A DNA stretch of 64,000 nt, from positions 1 through 64,000 of the IMG/VR virus record IMGVR_UViG_2519899680_000008; one strand, 5' to 3'. The position numbers and the translations under genes are program-made. Each line of letters opens with the position of its first letter. The first letter of the stretch is position 1. The notes under the pieces were generated by a model, which had not been told where the DNA came from, made no database searches, and saw nothing but the letters and a program-made list of their open reading frames with translations. Source of the DNA: a virus (Duplodnaviria; Caudoviricetes). This document shows positions 28,101 to 37,589 of the stretch, one piece after another.

Positions 28101-29956
28101 CTGTAACCGTAATTGGTGCTCTTGGCCGCCTCTATGTCGTTTTTCCATTGCAATGACACGGCACTGGAAAAGGTGACTTTTCCTCCCGTGTCCCATGAGA
28201 TGTTGCCGCCCGCGATCTGTCCGCTGCCGTCATTGTTCAGCTTCCATTTCCCTCCGTTGGTGATGGAACCGTCCGGGCCTAACTGCACATTGCCTTTCCC
28301 GATGGCTGTGCCGGAGATGTTCCAGCCTGCTATCTGGTTTGAAGAGCCCAGCCGGGCGATACAGGTCCCGTTTTTATCCGTGGCGTAGAAACCGAAATCC
28401 GTATCGCTGCCGTAATAGAGCTGGACGCGCTGCCCGCTGGCCACGCCGGAGTTCGCCCCGTAGACAACGACCCTCCTGTTGGCATTGTCGAGCACGATAT
28501 GCGTGCCGGTCAGCGAACCGCTCCCGATAGTCCAGCCGCCGATCTTGCCTTTTGTGAAGGTGCAGGACAGCCCGTTGATATAGCCGGTATTGATGATGTC
28601 CGCCTTGATGCTCGCCGCGTCCAGTTTGGACGCCTTGATGCTGCCCGAGGCGATACGGTCTGCCGAGATCGTCCCGGCGGTGATTTGCGAGGCATTGACT
28701 GTTCCCGTGTAAATACCCTTCGCGTCGATTTTCGTCAGCCTGGTATAGCCGGAACCGCCGAGGGCGGTCGTAATGGAATCCAGGGGGTCCGTCCACATGA
28801 CGCTGACCGAAGCGGCGAACGTGACTTTCCCGGCTGCATCCCAGGAGATATTTCCTCCCGCGATGGCCCCGGCACCCGTGGCGTCCAGACGCCATTTGTA
28901 TCCGCGAATACCGTTACTGCCCATTGTAACGCCACCTGAAGCCGACGTGTAAGCACCCGCCGTGTTGTTTTTCGTCCCAAGGAAGATGGAATCGCTGTCT
29001 ACCTGCCAGCCGCCGATTTTGCCCTTGGTCACATTCAGTGTCAGCGCGTCGATATTATCCGCTGTGATGAGCGAGGCTTTCAGGGCGTTCACATCGATAC
29101 GGCCGGCAGAAAGCGTGCCGGTCGTTATCTGCGAGGCATCCAGCCTGACAGTCTTGACGACCGTGGCGGACAGTGTGCCGGTAAAGATGCCGTCCTTGTC
29201 GATATAGGTCGCCCCCTTCCATAACAGGCTGACATCCGCACCGAACTCTATCTTACCTGTCGCTGCATTATATTTGATGGACTGGCTGTCCCGTCCCAGC
29301 TGGACATTTCCGCCGTTGTCGATAAAAAAGGTCTTGTACCCGTTCCTGAAACCGTAAATGCCGTCCACAGTCTCGGTCGTGACGGTTCCTGCCGCGGTCT
29401 TCGTGCCGAGAGGGAAACGACCGATGGCAACGCCGGTCAGCGTGCCGTCAGCGTTCTTTGTCCCGGCGAACAGTTTCGGCGTGATGACGGCATTTCCGTC
29501 GATGACGGTCTTGCCCGTGTTCCAGTCTTCGACCCAGTCCAGCAGGTTGGCATCGACACCCGGTTTACCCGCCGCACCCGGATTGCCGGCCCTGGCTTTC
29601 GACCAGACAAAGGACAGATGGTAGGTAACCCCTGAAATGATGACGGGAATGTCCACCTTGCCGTGCTCGGCAAGAGTGGTCGTGTTCGCAGCTATACGGT
29701 AAGTGACGGTTTTCTTCGCGTTGTCCGCCGTGATGGACGAGAAACCTGCCGGTTTGCTGATCGTCCCGATAGTGAACCCTGTAAAATCCGTATCGCCACG
29801 GGTGACTTTCAGCGTGGAGACCAGCGTCACGGCGGAAACGATTTTCCCGTCCGGGGAGGCAGGGAACACGTATTCGCCCGGCGACTGGGTGAGCGTGTAC
29901 GCGTCCGTCTGGACATGGATGGTCGCCTGACCTCGAGCTATCAGTATCTTTTCCAT
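25172..29956 (-). CDS. Large repetitive tail fibre / receptor-binding protein
   Basis: Gly/Thr/Ser-rich repeats (GIYTGT, ITAGTISADRI, GKIGGW, KWKLNNDGSGQIA); start reassigned to ATG 29956 after the promoter motif. Confidence 0.8.
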   Translation of the reverse strand: MEKILIARGQATIHVQTDAYTLTQSPGEYVFPASPDGKIVSAVTLVSTLKVTRGDTDFTGFTIGTISKPAGFSSITADNAKKTVTYRIAANTTTLAEHGKVDIPVIISGVTYHLSFVWSKARAGNPGAAGKPGVDANLLDWVEDWNTGKTVIDGNAVITPKLFAGTKNADGTLTGVAIGRFPLGTKTAAGTVTTETVDGIYGFRNGYKTFFIDNGGNVQLGRDSQSIKYNAATGKIEFGADVSLLWKGATYIDKDGIFTGTLSATVVKTVRLDASQITTGTLSAGRIDVNALKASLITADNIDALTLNVTKGKIGGWQVDSDSIFLGTKNNTAGAYTSASGGVTMGSNGIRGYKWRLDATGAGAIAGGNISWDAAGKVTFAASVSVMWTDPLDSITTALGGSGYTRLTKIDAKGIYTGTVNASQITAGTISADRIASGSIKASKLDAASIKADIINTGYINGLSCTFTKGKIGGWTIGSGSLTGTHIVLDNANRRVVVYGANSGVASGQRVQLYYGSDTDFGFYATDKNGTCIARLGSSNQIAGWNISGTAIGKGNVQLGPDGSITNGGKWKLNNDGSGQIAGGNISWDTGGKVTFSSAVSLQWKNDIEAAKSTNYGYRYYKKIIINGESGKYYPVVFKGGDQTVKRDILVRRAYSEQAPSDWDYKSTTHKGGLILLLKTNFGGWGGAAYSWDIYELSERYSRMFAGAAHCGNNCMFAVFLRGGGTTGAVYHLYSDQPIESSSMSPSPIPAAPQIAYNSDLIFQSGSTKAYAPAPRTLTDTVEEEIRRHRFIVLAQGNDTTLKEHPLTYIGSTGIYTGTLTASQVNAVDISASSIKSGTLSADRIASGSINSSKLDAASIKSDIINTSYINGLSLTFTKGKIGGWSIGADTMTAGGSIGASGGRPIQIRSASSGSGYYYTGAYKPYGICMTWRQNSNAGHLVIGQVAASGSTVKSGFIGIQMMSWDHLEYFCLSANYTRSGSKEVYNRIAGWAFDHNHIWKNSVSLSSDGSITNGTKWKLNNDGSGQIASGGISWNSAGTLTFSSGVSVNWTTGINTAQELAAAMAFGKMLYRDPTFYNGKNSAGVYNNSGNGMVTLTRVSDSTAPNDSKYVLKIQTTGTATPGNGGFCFRTQCQRRKVLVARIIAKIPAGRKLLWATNSIGTGGSHRWLTTNEGTGDWKEYVYKVSCGTANFSTTHYFYVDGAQGTSSNPVVWYVAYATVFDLTSTEKYTTTIDANGIYTGTVKAGQVIVDSALVVGGSTYNGSISVRDAGNNVKVTLDRNGINAVAGKIGGWIIGTSSIMASAPSSGHRIVLVNNGYLYHDNPSTGKKYWALNADGSTTFGTGKISFAADGSGYVANQNIKWDVNGNVTMTGTINANAGTIGGFSIGQGRIGSTATGSGSGGGLAIYNDLFRVGNTSSYVLWGANTFPASSGGTRSAGRVVNTASNSYMNNYGIYIDVRNGHRNFGIWSNAAVVASACIGCKLKTVYFSGSGYSIDFSQANIFMVYANQKYNINLPTASSVASMFGYSSLPSDFAYVFTLVYRSGYGNTIYIQNVRNHNGSTASYGMASGDSLTLLCTNYPSFHYQVLNYSS
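27301..28676. repeat. Intragenic direct repeat, about 145 bp (27301-27446 vs 28531-28676)
   Basis: Near-identical DNA, e.g. GGTATTGATGATGTCCG(A/C)CTTGATGCTCGCCGCGTCCAG, offset 1230 bp. Confidence 0.85.
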
Positions 29957-29970
29957 ACGGTCTTTATCGG

Positions 29971-30000
29971 AAGAATAGGTGGAAAAAACGGCAGCCGTTT
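29971..30000 (-). promoter_or_regulatory. Putative phage-sigma promoter (AAACG-N17-CTATTCTT)
   Basis: Bipartite motif copy. Confidence 0.65.
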
Positions 30001-30037
30001 TAAGGACTGCCGTCAAAAGCATATAACCTGGTACTAC

Positions 30038-31348
30038 TCATTTGGAGACCTCGCACATCAGCACGCCTTTCCCCGTTACATCCGTCTTTGCCACCACGAT
30101 GGATTTTCCCGTGTAGGTCTTCACGACGGAAGTCCCGGCGGCATTCCAGAGTTTCCACGTGTAAGTATAGGCTGTTCCTGCCGCATCCAGTTCCGCACCG
30201 TTACGGTACAGGACAGCCTTCACGTCCACATCGTTTGCGTTATTCTTGATGGTAAAACCTTTCTGGCTGACCAGATCGACGGTAATCGGGTCGGACATGT
30301 CGGTAAAGGAGATGATGTCGCACACCACCTTGTTGGCGGAAGCGTTTCCCGATGATGTGTCCGTGTCCTTGATGGCGCATTTGAACGTCTCGAAGTTCAG
30401 CACGGCATCGGCGGTAATGGTGATTTCATTGGTCGTCCACCCGGCTGTCACACCTCGCGGATTGGAAGAAGTCAGACATGCCCAGCCGATACCCAGCATG
30501 GAATTGTAGTACGGGCAGGAAACAGTCGCTCCCGAAGCTGCCTTTGCACTCAAAGCGGAGGTCAGTGTCACGACTTTGGTCGAGGTGTTGACGGATGAAA
30601 TGGTGTACTGCGCGGAGCCGATGGTGATTTTTCCGCCCGCTTCCATGTTGGAAACGGAGGCCACTGTAACGGTATTCGCACCCTGTGCGGCCTCCGCTGT
30701 CAGTGTGGTGGGGGCAAACACGGACGAATCCCTGATACCCCAGGCATAGGAGACATTGGTCGTGTCGATGGCCGCCCCGCGCCAGAGGTCGCAATGCGCC
30801 TTGAGCGTGGCTACCTCATCGTTCTTGAACACGATGCCGTCCGGCGCGTAACACACGGCGGCAATCATGGCACCGGCATTCAGGTGCTGGGTAAACTGGA
30901 TTTCGGAACGAAAAGGGATTTCCAGCCCGTTGGAGTCGATATAGACCGCCTCGAAAGAATAACGTACCTGCGGGGCGGAAACCGTCATGTGGTTGGCCTT
31001 CACCGTCAAAGCGTATTTGGCGGAAGCCGCACCGATCGTGCAACTGTCTTGCCCGCTTGTAATGACCGTCCCGTTCTTGTACCACTTGGCAGTACCGGCT
31101 TTCACACCGGGTGTCAGGTTGGAAGCGTTACCTACGGAAGTAATCTGGTCGGTAGCCCCCTTGCCGCTGACAAACAGCGAAGGAGTAAGAACCAGGTAGG
31201 GAGAAGCCGTCCACGAGGGGGCATAGGCGTTGTTGTCCTTGTTGTACACCTGCGTCAGCGGCTGGTTGGAGCCGATAAACGCCTGAATGGATACTGCGTC
31301 GTTCTGGTCGATGATAGTGACCTGTCCGCGTGCTACTTTAATTGCCAT
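30038..31348 (-). CDS. Virion structural protein, Ig-like/beta-rich (436 aa)
   Basis: Beta-rich, Thr/Ser/Ala-rich, within the tail module. Confidence 0.6.
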   Translation of the reverse strand: MAIKVARGQVTIIDQNDAVSIQAFIGSNQPLTQVYNKDNNAYAPSWTASPYLVLTPSLFVSGKGATDQITSVGNASNLTPGVKAGTAKWYKNGTVITSGQDSCTIGAASAKYALTVKANHMTVSAPQVRYSFEAVYIDSNGLEIPFRSEIQFTQHLNAGAMIAAVCYAPDGIVFKNDEVATLKAHCDLWRGAAIDTTNVSYAWGIRDSSVFAPTTLTAEAAQGANTVTVASVSNMEAGGKITIGSAQYTISSVNTSTKVVTLTSALSAKAASGATVSCPYYNSMLGIGWACLTSSNPRGVTAGWTTNEITITADAVLNFETFKCAIKDTDTSSGNASANKVVCDIISFTDMSDPITVDLVSQKGFTIKNNANDVDVKAVLYRNGAELDAAGTAYTYTWKLWNAAGTSVVKTYTGKSIVVAKTDVTGKGVLMCEVSK

Positions 31349-31381
31349 AAATCTATCTTGTTTAAAATGTTAGTGAATTTG

Positions 31382-33646
31382 TCAATGTATCTCAACCTCG
31401 CAACTGAATACGGCCTTATGCCAGACATCATCTTCCGTAACCGTAAGTTCCTTCCCTTCATGCTTTTCCGCATTCCAAAGGGAATCACCCTCCGCATCCT
31501 TGCTGGTACGTTTCCAGTGGAAACAGTCTTCGGGTATGCGTCCGGTTATCTCCGTACCGCCTTTATACACCCTGGCACGAAGGACGGTACAGATTATGCC
31601 GTTACGGAAGACAGTACCGTTATCCGATTCAACATAGACAGCATAGGAAGCCTCGCCGTCATATAGTTTGAACAAAGTATGGGTTGCCGCGTAAGATTTG
31701 TCCCCGATAAAGGACGTGAAACGCAAGGTCAGCACATCCCGCTCTTCCCAGCCGTGAAAGTCTGCCCGCAGGGTAAACAGCGTGCCGTGTCCTCCGGCAT
31801 CTTTCCAGCTTCCGTCCGATGCAAGGTATTCCCATGCCCGTCTTTCACCGGTAAAGTTGTACTCGGTAGCCACTATATCTATCTGTCCGGGATCTCCTGC
31901 CGTGTCCCATTTGTCGGTAAAACGAAACGTAGTGCCTCCGGTCAGGGAAACGGAACGGGGCTTGAGCTGTTCTTTCGCTTCTTCATCGAAATCTTCCCAG
32001 CGGATAGTCACATCCCGGAGTTCAATCGTATCTTTCGTCCATTTGAACCGCCCGGATGCGAAATGTCCCGTACCATCGGGATTGATGACGAAAGAGCCGT
32101 TCCGTGAAGCGATGGAACCGTCCTCGTTCAAGCGTAGCAAAGGGTTCTGGATGGTCCCACCGATACCGCCCTTGTTAAACCATGCCCCGTAATCCTCCGT
32201 GTAGGAAAGTGTACTGTCCGTCGCCTGGTAGGGTGTTGCGTTCTTTCCTGCTTCCAACTGGGGAGCGGTCACTTCCATGCTGTTTGTCGTGGACAGTCCG
32301 ACCGTCATATCGGCTGCATCGGACGGCTTGACAAGGAAAGCGGTCTTGTACCTTTGCCAAACACCGGCTTCCGTGATTTCCCATGTGCCTACGAGGTACT
32401 CGTCCTGATAGACGGCGACGTTCCCCGCCGTTTCCGATTTTATCCAAAGGGAAAAGCAATGCGGCTTCCCGAAATGCTCCTTTCGCCATGCGGCACTCTG
32501 TACGGCCAGACGGCAATCTCCTTTAATCTCTTTCACCTCTCCGATACCCACAGGCGTGTTTCCTTCCACCGGCATACCGCCGGAGAAAAGGCAGGACAGG
32601 GAATCGGGTATCACGTTCTTGTGTATCTTGCCCACATAGAATGTGGAGGAAAAGCCGTTCTCGTCCCTGGCGGTCAGTGTTCCGGCAATGTTCACGTTCC
32701 GGGTGGCGTACAAATTCTGAAAATAGGCCCCGTAACCGTCCAGCAGACCGAACACCGGGTCTGTCACACCGCTTATCTTGCCCACACGTCCTTTGGTGGC
32801 GTTGGAAAAGGCTGCCACATCGGAAAGGCGGACGATATTCAGGTCGGCTATCTCTAACCAGTCGTTTTCCGCTCTCAGGCAATCCGTCAGGTCAAGCGTC
32901 AGGCTGCGGCTATACTTCTTCGGGTATTCCACGGTCAACACCCAGAGCCGGTACGACCATTCGGGCGTAGCAGACAAGGTGTCTTCCGCGTCTGTCTTTT
33001 CTCCATTGGTATAGCCGAAGGATATAGGAATCTTGGATAAAGTTTTGGAAGAACGTATCTTCAACGATACAAGTAATCTTTCAGGATGTTCAACCGGAGC
33101 TTCCAAAGTCTGTTTGATGCCCCATTTGCTCTTGACTTCAGCAGGAACACCGTTTCTGGCAACACGGAAGATACGTTCCGCTCCGTTATCCTTGTCCTTG
33201 TAGAAAGCGGTGACATGCCCGCCACCGAAACAGGCGTATTTCGTCTTGTCGGGAATGTCCGCCGACCCTTCTCCCATGACCGGGTAGCAGAGGGAACGCT
33301 CGAATCCCGCACCGTCGATTACGTCCATATAGGGGGCTTCGTCATCGGACGCGGTCAGATACAACGCCCCGCCGCGCCGGGTATCGAACAGGTGGGTGAT
33401 ACGGGCAAAGTCGAGCAGTTCGCCGTTCTGCGGTTCGTCACCGTCGAGCAGGGCGGCGGTGAAATAAGCGGAATCCTTGCCTTCTATCGAGTCCACGCCC
33501 GTTTCCAGCACGCACATCAGGGAATAAATCACCTTGTTACGGTCGAAATACTGCCGGCGGACAATATCTCCCGCCCGCAAACCCTGTGTCTTGTGCGAGT
33601 CGGGAGCAATGCGTATCTTATAAGTGGAATATCTATATACAGCCAT
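31382..33646 (-). CDS. Tail/baseplate-associated protein (754 aa)
   Basis: Long ORF in the tail module; PQLEAGKNATPYQ carbohydrate-binding-module-like motif. Confidence 0.6.
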   Translation of the reverse strand: MAVYRYSTYKIRIAPDSHKTQGLRAGDIVRRQYFDRNKVIYSLMCVLETGVDSIEGKDSAYFTAALLDGDEPQNGELLDFARITHLFDTRRGGALYLTASDDEAPYMDVIDGAGFERSLCYPVMGEGSADIPDKTKYACFGGGHVTAFYKDKDNGAERIFRVARNGVPAEVKSKWGIKQTLEAPVEHPERLLVSLKIRSSKTLSKIPISFGYTNGEKTDAEDTLSATPEWSYRLWVLTVEYPKKYSRSLTLDLTDCLRAENDWLEIADLNIVRLSDVAAFSNATKGRVGKISGVTDPVFGLLDGYGAYFQNLYATRNVNIAGTLTARDENGFSSTFYVGKIHKNVIPDSLSCLFSGGMPVEGNTPVGIGEVKEIKGDCRLAVQSAAWRKEHFGKPHCFSLWIKSETAGNVAVYQDEYLVGTWEITEAGVWQRYKTAFLVKPSDAADMTVGLSTTNSMEVTAPQLEAGKNATPYQATDSTLSYTEDYGAWFNKGGIGGTIQNPLLRLNEDGSIASRNGSFVINPDGTGHFASGRFKWTKDTIELRDVTIRWEDFDEEAKEQLKPRSVSLTGGTTFRFTDKWDTAGDPGQIDIVATEYNFTGERRAWEYLASDGSWKDAGGHGTLFTLRADFHGWEERDVLTLRFTSFIGDKSYAATHTLFKLYDGEASYAVYVESDNGTVFRNGIICTVLRARVYKGGTEITGRIPEDCFHWKRTSKDAEGDSLWNAEKHEGKELTVTEDDVWHKAVFSCEVEIH

Positions 33647-33650
33647 GCAA

Positions 33651-35336
33651 TCAAAGTTTTTCTACGGTATCGCCGGAGCAGGAATCGCTTACCCAAAGGG
33701 AACCGTTCGTTACCGACTGTTTCTGCACCTCCAGTTCATAGACGCGCATACGGCGGCGGACGGTCAGTTCATCGAAGGTGGCGGAAATGCTCCCCGTAGT
33801 CCTGTTCTGAAGAATGCCCCAGCCGGTTCCGGCCAGTCCCGAAGAGAAGTTCTCCGACGAGAGGCTGCCGCAGAAAACGCTGTTGCCGTAATGCTTGATG
33901 CCGTCCGTGACGGCTTGCAGGCGCAAATCTTCATTCAAGTATAGAACACCGTCCGCCAACCGGGTGGCGGAACCGTCGATTCCCACATGCCCCGAAGCCT
34001 CCAACGGCACGCCGAAAGCGATAAAATCCGCATCCGTATCCATACGGAACGTGTCCGAATAGCGGTTCTGCGGGGCATAATGGCTGGTGGAAGTCCGAAA
34101 ACCCAACCGCAGGGAATAGTTCAGGATGGTCTGCGTCCCGTCCTTGTCATACTGCACCTTGCCGGAAAAGGACACCGATTGCCTGTCGCCTGTAAGGAGA
34201 AAACCGTCTGCGCTTCCCATGCGGAGCCGCTTGTGGATAATGACACCCTCGTCCGAAGCGTCCACCCGATAGGAGGAAAGAAGCGTTTCCCCGTAATCGT
34301 GCCTTACCGACAAGGAGCCCGGAAACACGGCGTGCCCGTAAGGGGACAAAAGCAAATATTCCCCGTCCACATCGGCTATCCCGGAGAGCAGACGTATCTT
34401 GGGGGTGGCATCGCTTCCCAAAAGCAAATCGTCCCCGATACTTCCCAACTGTACCTGCTTGTCGTCGGCACGCAAAAGCACCGGTTTGCCGCCTATCTTG
34501 ATGCCGTATCCTTCACCGAACGACAGGAAACCGCTTAAAATCACTTCATCGCCGGAAAGCGAAAGCAGACATTCCCCCTTGTCCCCCAACAGCACGCCAT
34601 AAAGCGCGGAGAGTCTGCCGTGCAGAGAGGTTTCCCCCTGTACCGCAAGTGTCCCGGAGACATCGGCATCCTTCATCCTCCAGCCGACAGTGGAAAGGTT
34701 CGCGTTACCGGCGTGATAAGCCTCATGCCCGTGTACCAGCAGATGTGAAGGGGAGATAAGGATGCCTTTCTCCCTCTCGCTGCCGAACAGCAGTTCCCCT
34801 GAAGAACGCAGGGAAGTATCCTCGAAATTCAGCACCGAGGCATTCCATGAAACGGTATCGGACAGGCTGTCATAAGCCAATACCCGTTTCCCGCCCAAAT
34901 AGAAATTCCGTCCGCCGACTTCCAGATCACCGGTTACACGGATGCCGTACCGGACGGCGGTCACCACGCCTTCCTCATCCGTCATGTTTTCAGAGAAAGT
35001 TTCCAGCACACGGGTATTCCCCGTACCTGCTTCAAAGCCGTAGTTCGCCCGGAGCATACCGGCCATATTGCCGCCGGAAAGTTTCAGGTAATCCAGCAGG
35101 ATGCCGCCTTCGGTGCCTTCATCCCCGCCGACCGCCCCGGCAATGGCAGAGGCGAAACCGTAGGCCGTGTTCTTCAGGCGGATACTGGTATCGTCGCCTT
35201 CCTCAATACCATAGGGATTGTCCCCGCTCTTTTTCTCCTGGGCATTGAAGAAAGTGAGGTAAAGGTTGGAATAAATGGAATAGCAGAGGCTGTCCTTGTC
35301 CAGTTTCTCGATGTCGGGATGCAGTTGTATGCTCAT
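33651..35336 (-). CDS. Tail-associated protein (561 aa)
   Basis: ATGA-coupled to the spike gene; FSSGLAGTGW...FDELTVRRRMRVYEL motif. Confidence 0.6.
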   Translation of the reverse strand: MSIQLHPDIEKLDKDSLCYSIYSNLYLTFFNAQEKKSGDNPYGIEEGDDTSIRLKNTAYGFASAIAGAVGGDEGTEGGILLDYLKLSGGNMAGMLRANYGFEAGTGNTRVLETFSENMTDEEGVVTAVRYGIRVTGDLEVGGRNFYLGGKRVLAYDSLSDTVSWNASVLNFEDTSLRSSGELLFGSEREKGILISPSHLLVHGHEAYHAGNANLSTVGWRMKDADVSGTLAVQGETSLHGRLSALYGVLLGDKGECLLSLSGDEVILSGFLSFGEGYGIKIGGKPVLLRADDKQVQLGSIGDDLLLGSDATPKIRLLSGIADVDGEYLLLSPYGHAVFPGSLSVRHDYGETLLSSYRVDASDEGVIIHKRLRMGSADGFLLTGDRQSVSFSGKVQYDKDGTQTILNYSLRLGFRTSTSHYAPQNRYSDTFRMDTDADFIAFGVPLEASGHVGIDGSATRLADGVLYLNEDLRLQAVTDGIKHYGNSVFCGSLSSENFSSGLAGTGWGILQNRTTGSISATFDELTVRRRMRVYELEVQKQSVTNGSLWVSDSCSGDTVEKL

Positions 35337-36235
35337 TTCGTATAGGAGGTTTTAGACAGGAATTTCTGGATGCGTGAGCTGAGGGAAATGAAGTTCGGGA
35401 AGTTCAGGGGCTGCATGGTTCCCATCAGCGTGGGTGTCATAATCTTGGAGCATTCGGTCATAAAGTCCAGCATGAGCTGTGCCAGCTCGTTGCCGAGCAC
35501 CAGAGGCTCGGTGGCGTTCTCATCGCCCAGCGTCACTTTCTTGTCGGCAACGGTAACGCTCGTAGAGTTTACCTTTTGCCGGATTTTGTCTGCCGTCTGT
35601 GTGCTTTCCGACTTGTCCACTGTTTGCGTGATGCTTTCCGCATCTATCACGGCGGAGGCTTCCTTGCCGTCCTTGTTCCTGACCGTGGTGTTCACACCTT
35701 CTGCCGTATAGCGGGTAAAGGCTTCGTTCCCGGTCGCCTCCAGTTCATCGTAGTCCGGCGAGGAGTCACTTTCCGTATCAAGTTCTTCCGTTTCCCTCAC
35801 GCCGATGCTTGTTTCCTTGTGGGCGGAGAGTTGCAGGATACCCACATGGGAAAAGTTCACGACGTATGCGTGGCGGATTGCTGCGTCCATGAAAATGGTC
35901 ACATCGGAAAACAGGGTCGGGACAAGCAGGAAGCCGCCTTCGTTGCTGGCTGCCGCCGCAAGCAGCACGCCTTTGTGGACGACCGGCTCGGGCGATGCCG
36001 TTTCATCCGGGTATTCGCCCACGTCGATGGTGCCGCCGTATTCCCCGAACTCCTCGTCCGAGGGGTCATCGTGTATCTTCGCCACATAGCCATGTATCAT
36101 ACGTGCCGTTCCTATGCCGGACATACCGCCGGGAGCCATGTTGATGCGTTCCATGCTGCGTCCGAGGGCTATCTTGCGGATGGCTTCCCGGATCAGGTAA
36201 CGGCTGTTGTCTGCTGCCAGTTTCTTTGTTTCCAT
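35333..36235 (-). CDS. Putative baseplate spike (gpV/gp45-like)
   Basis: OB-like N-terminus (GFLLVPTLFSDV), beta-helix-like middle, EPLVLGNEL C-terminus. Confidence 0.55.
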   Translation of the reverse strand: METKKLAADNSRYLIREAIRKIALGRSMERINMAPGGMSGIGTARMIHGYVAKIHDDPSDEEFGEYGGTIDVGEYPDETASPEPVVHKGVLLAAAASNEGGFLLVPTLFSDVTIFMDAAIRHAYVVNFSHVGILQLSAHKETSIGVRETEELDTESDSSPDYDELEATGNEAFTRYTAEGVNTTVRNKDGKEASAVIDAESITQTVDKSESTQTADKIRQKVNSTSVTVADKKVTLGDENATEPLVLGNELAQLMLDFMTECSKIMTPTLMGTMQPLNFPNFISLSSRIQKFLSKTSYTK

Positions 36236-36240
36236 ATCCC

Positions 36241-36270
36241 AAGAATAGGCAATGCGGAAACGGATTGATT
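36241..36270 (-). promoter_or_regulatory. Putative phage-sigma promoter (AATCA-N17-CTATTCTT)
   Basis: Bipartite motif copy, 5 nt from the ATG. Confidence 0.6.
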
Positions 36271-36284
36271 AAAGAAGATATCGG

Positions 36285-36376
36285 TTTAAAAGTGCAGGCA
36301 ATATATGAATATGCAAATTTAAAAGTGCATTTTATGGGAAAAGTGCTGATTTTATTCGGCATTTTGCGTATCTTTG
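36285..36376 (+). promoter_or_regulatory. Host-type promoter (TATCTTTG 36369-36376) with three upstream AAAAGTGC direct repeats
   Basis: TTTAAAAGTGCA at 36285 and 36318, AAAAGTGC at 36339. Confidence 0.55.
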
Positions 36377-36406
36377 TCTTCAAAGAAACTTAATGTCAGA
36401 TAGAAT

Positions 36407-37576
36407 ATGGAACAACTTATAGAACTTTTCAGAAGACTGCTCAGGATCACCGACACGTCTTATGTCAGATACCTGCACGACCAGATAGACTGGTCTGCCC
36501 GGATGGTGGGGATAGTGGGGGCAAGAGGTGTGGGAAAGACCACGATGTTGCTGCAACACATCAAGCTGCATCACTCCACGGACGATACGCTTTTTGTCAA
36601 TGCCGACGACATTTATTTTGCGGAACACCGCCTGTTCGACCTTGCATCGGATTTCTACAAGAACGGGGGAAAGCACCTGTTTATCGACGAGGTTCATAAA
36701 TACCAGGACTGGTCGAAGGAGCTTAAAATGGTTTACGACTACTATCCCGACTTCCAGGTCGTCTTTACAGGCTCCTCCATTCTGGAAATCTATAAGGGCA
36801 ATGCGGACTTGAGCCGCCGGGTACTCAGCTATTTTCTTCCCGGATTGTCTTTCAGGGAATACCTTATTCTGGCAAAAGACATCCGATTGCCGGTTTACTC
36901 CTTGCAGGAGGTACTGGCCCATAAGGTGGAGATGCCGGGAACGGAACGTCCGCTGGTGCTGTTCAAGGAATATCTGACAAAAGGATATTACCCGTTCTTC
37001 AATGATCCCGGTTACGATATGAGGCTGCGCAACGTGGTCAACCTGACCGTGGAAAACGACATACCGATTTATGCCAACCTGAATGCGGCTTCCACCAAGA
37101 AGATGCGCCAGCTGCTGTACGTCATCGCACAAAGCGTACCGTTCAAGCCCAATTTCTCCAAAATCGGGCAGATGATCGACCTGCACCGCAACCAGGTGAC
37201 GGATTTTCTTTTCTATTTGGAGAAAGCCGGTATCGTGGCGCAACTCAGGGGAACGACCGAAGGCATCCGGCAGTTGGGGAAAGTGGAGAAAACATACCTG
37301 GACAACACCAACCTGGCATACGCGCTTTCGGACAACAGACCGGATATCGGGAATATCAGGGAAACATTCTTCCTCTCGCAGATGAAAGTGAACAACGAGG
37401 TCCTCTCTTCCGACAAATCGGATTTTCAGATAGACAAGTACACTTTCGAAATAGGAGGAAAGAACAAACAGCAGAAGCAGATACAGGGAATGAACGATGC
37501 CTATATCGTGAAAGACGACATAGAATACGGGTACCGGAACATCATCCCGCTCTGGCATTTCGGTTTCAACTATTAA
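36407..37576 (+). CDS. AAA_14/DUF4143-type ATP-binding protein (moron, opposite strand)
   Basis: Walker A GARGVGKTT, Walker B LFIDEVH, FTGSS, LSFREYL, KTYLDNTNL, FEIGGK. Confidence 0.85.
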   Translation: MEQLIELFRRLLRITDTSYVRYLHDQIDWSARMVGIVGARGVGKTTMLLQHIKLHHSTDDTLFVNADDIYFAEHRLFDLASDFYKNGGKHLFIDEVHKYQDWSKELKMVYDYYPDFQVVFTGSSILEIYKGNADLSRRVLSYFLPGLSFREYLILAKDIRLPVYSLQEVLAHKVEMPGTERPLVLFKEYLTKGYYPFFNDPGYDMRLRNVVNLTVENDIPIYANLNAASTKKMRQLLYVIAQSVPFKPNFSKIGQMIDLHRNQVTDFLFYLEKAGIVAQLRGTTEGIRQLGKVEKTYLDNTNLAYALSDNRPDIGNIRETFFLSQMKVNNEVLSSDKSDFQIDKYTFEIGGKNKQQKQIQGMNDAYIVKDDIEYGYRNIIPLWHFGFNY

Positions 37577-37589
37577 TCGTAAACCTTCC

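Noticed and set aside
25172-29956. Diversity-generating retroelement or shufflon acting on the fibre gene
   Set aside because: No reverse transcriptase or invertase in the window; repeat differences are not adenine-specific and the repeats are direct and in-frame.
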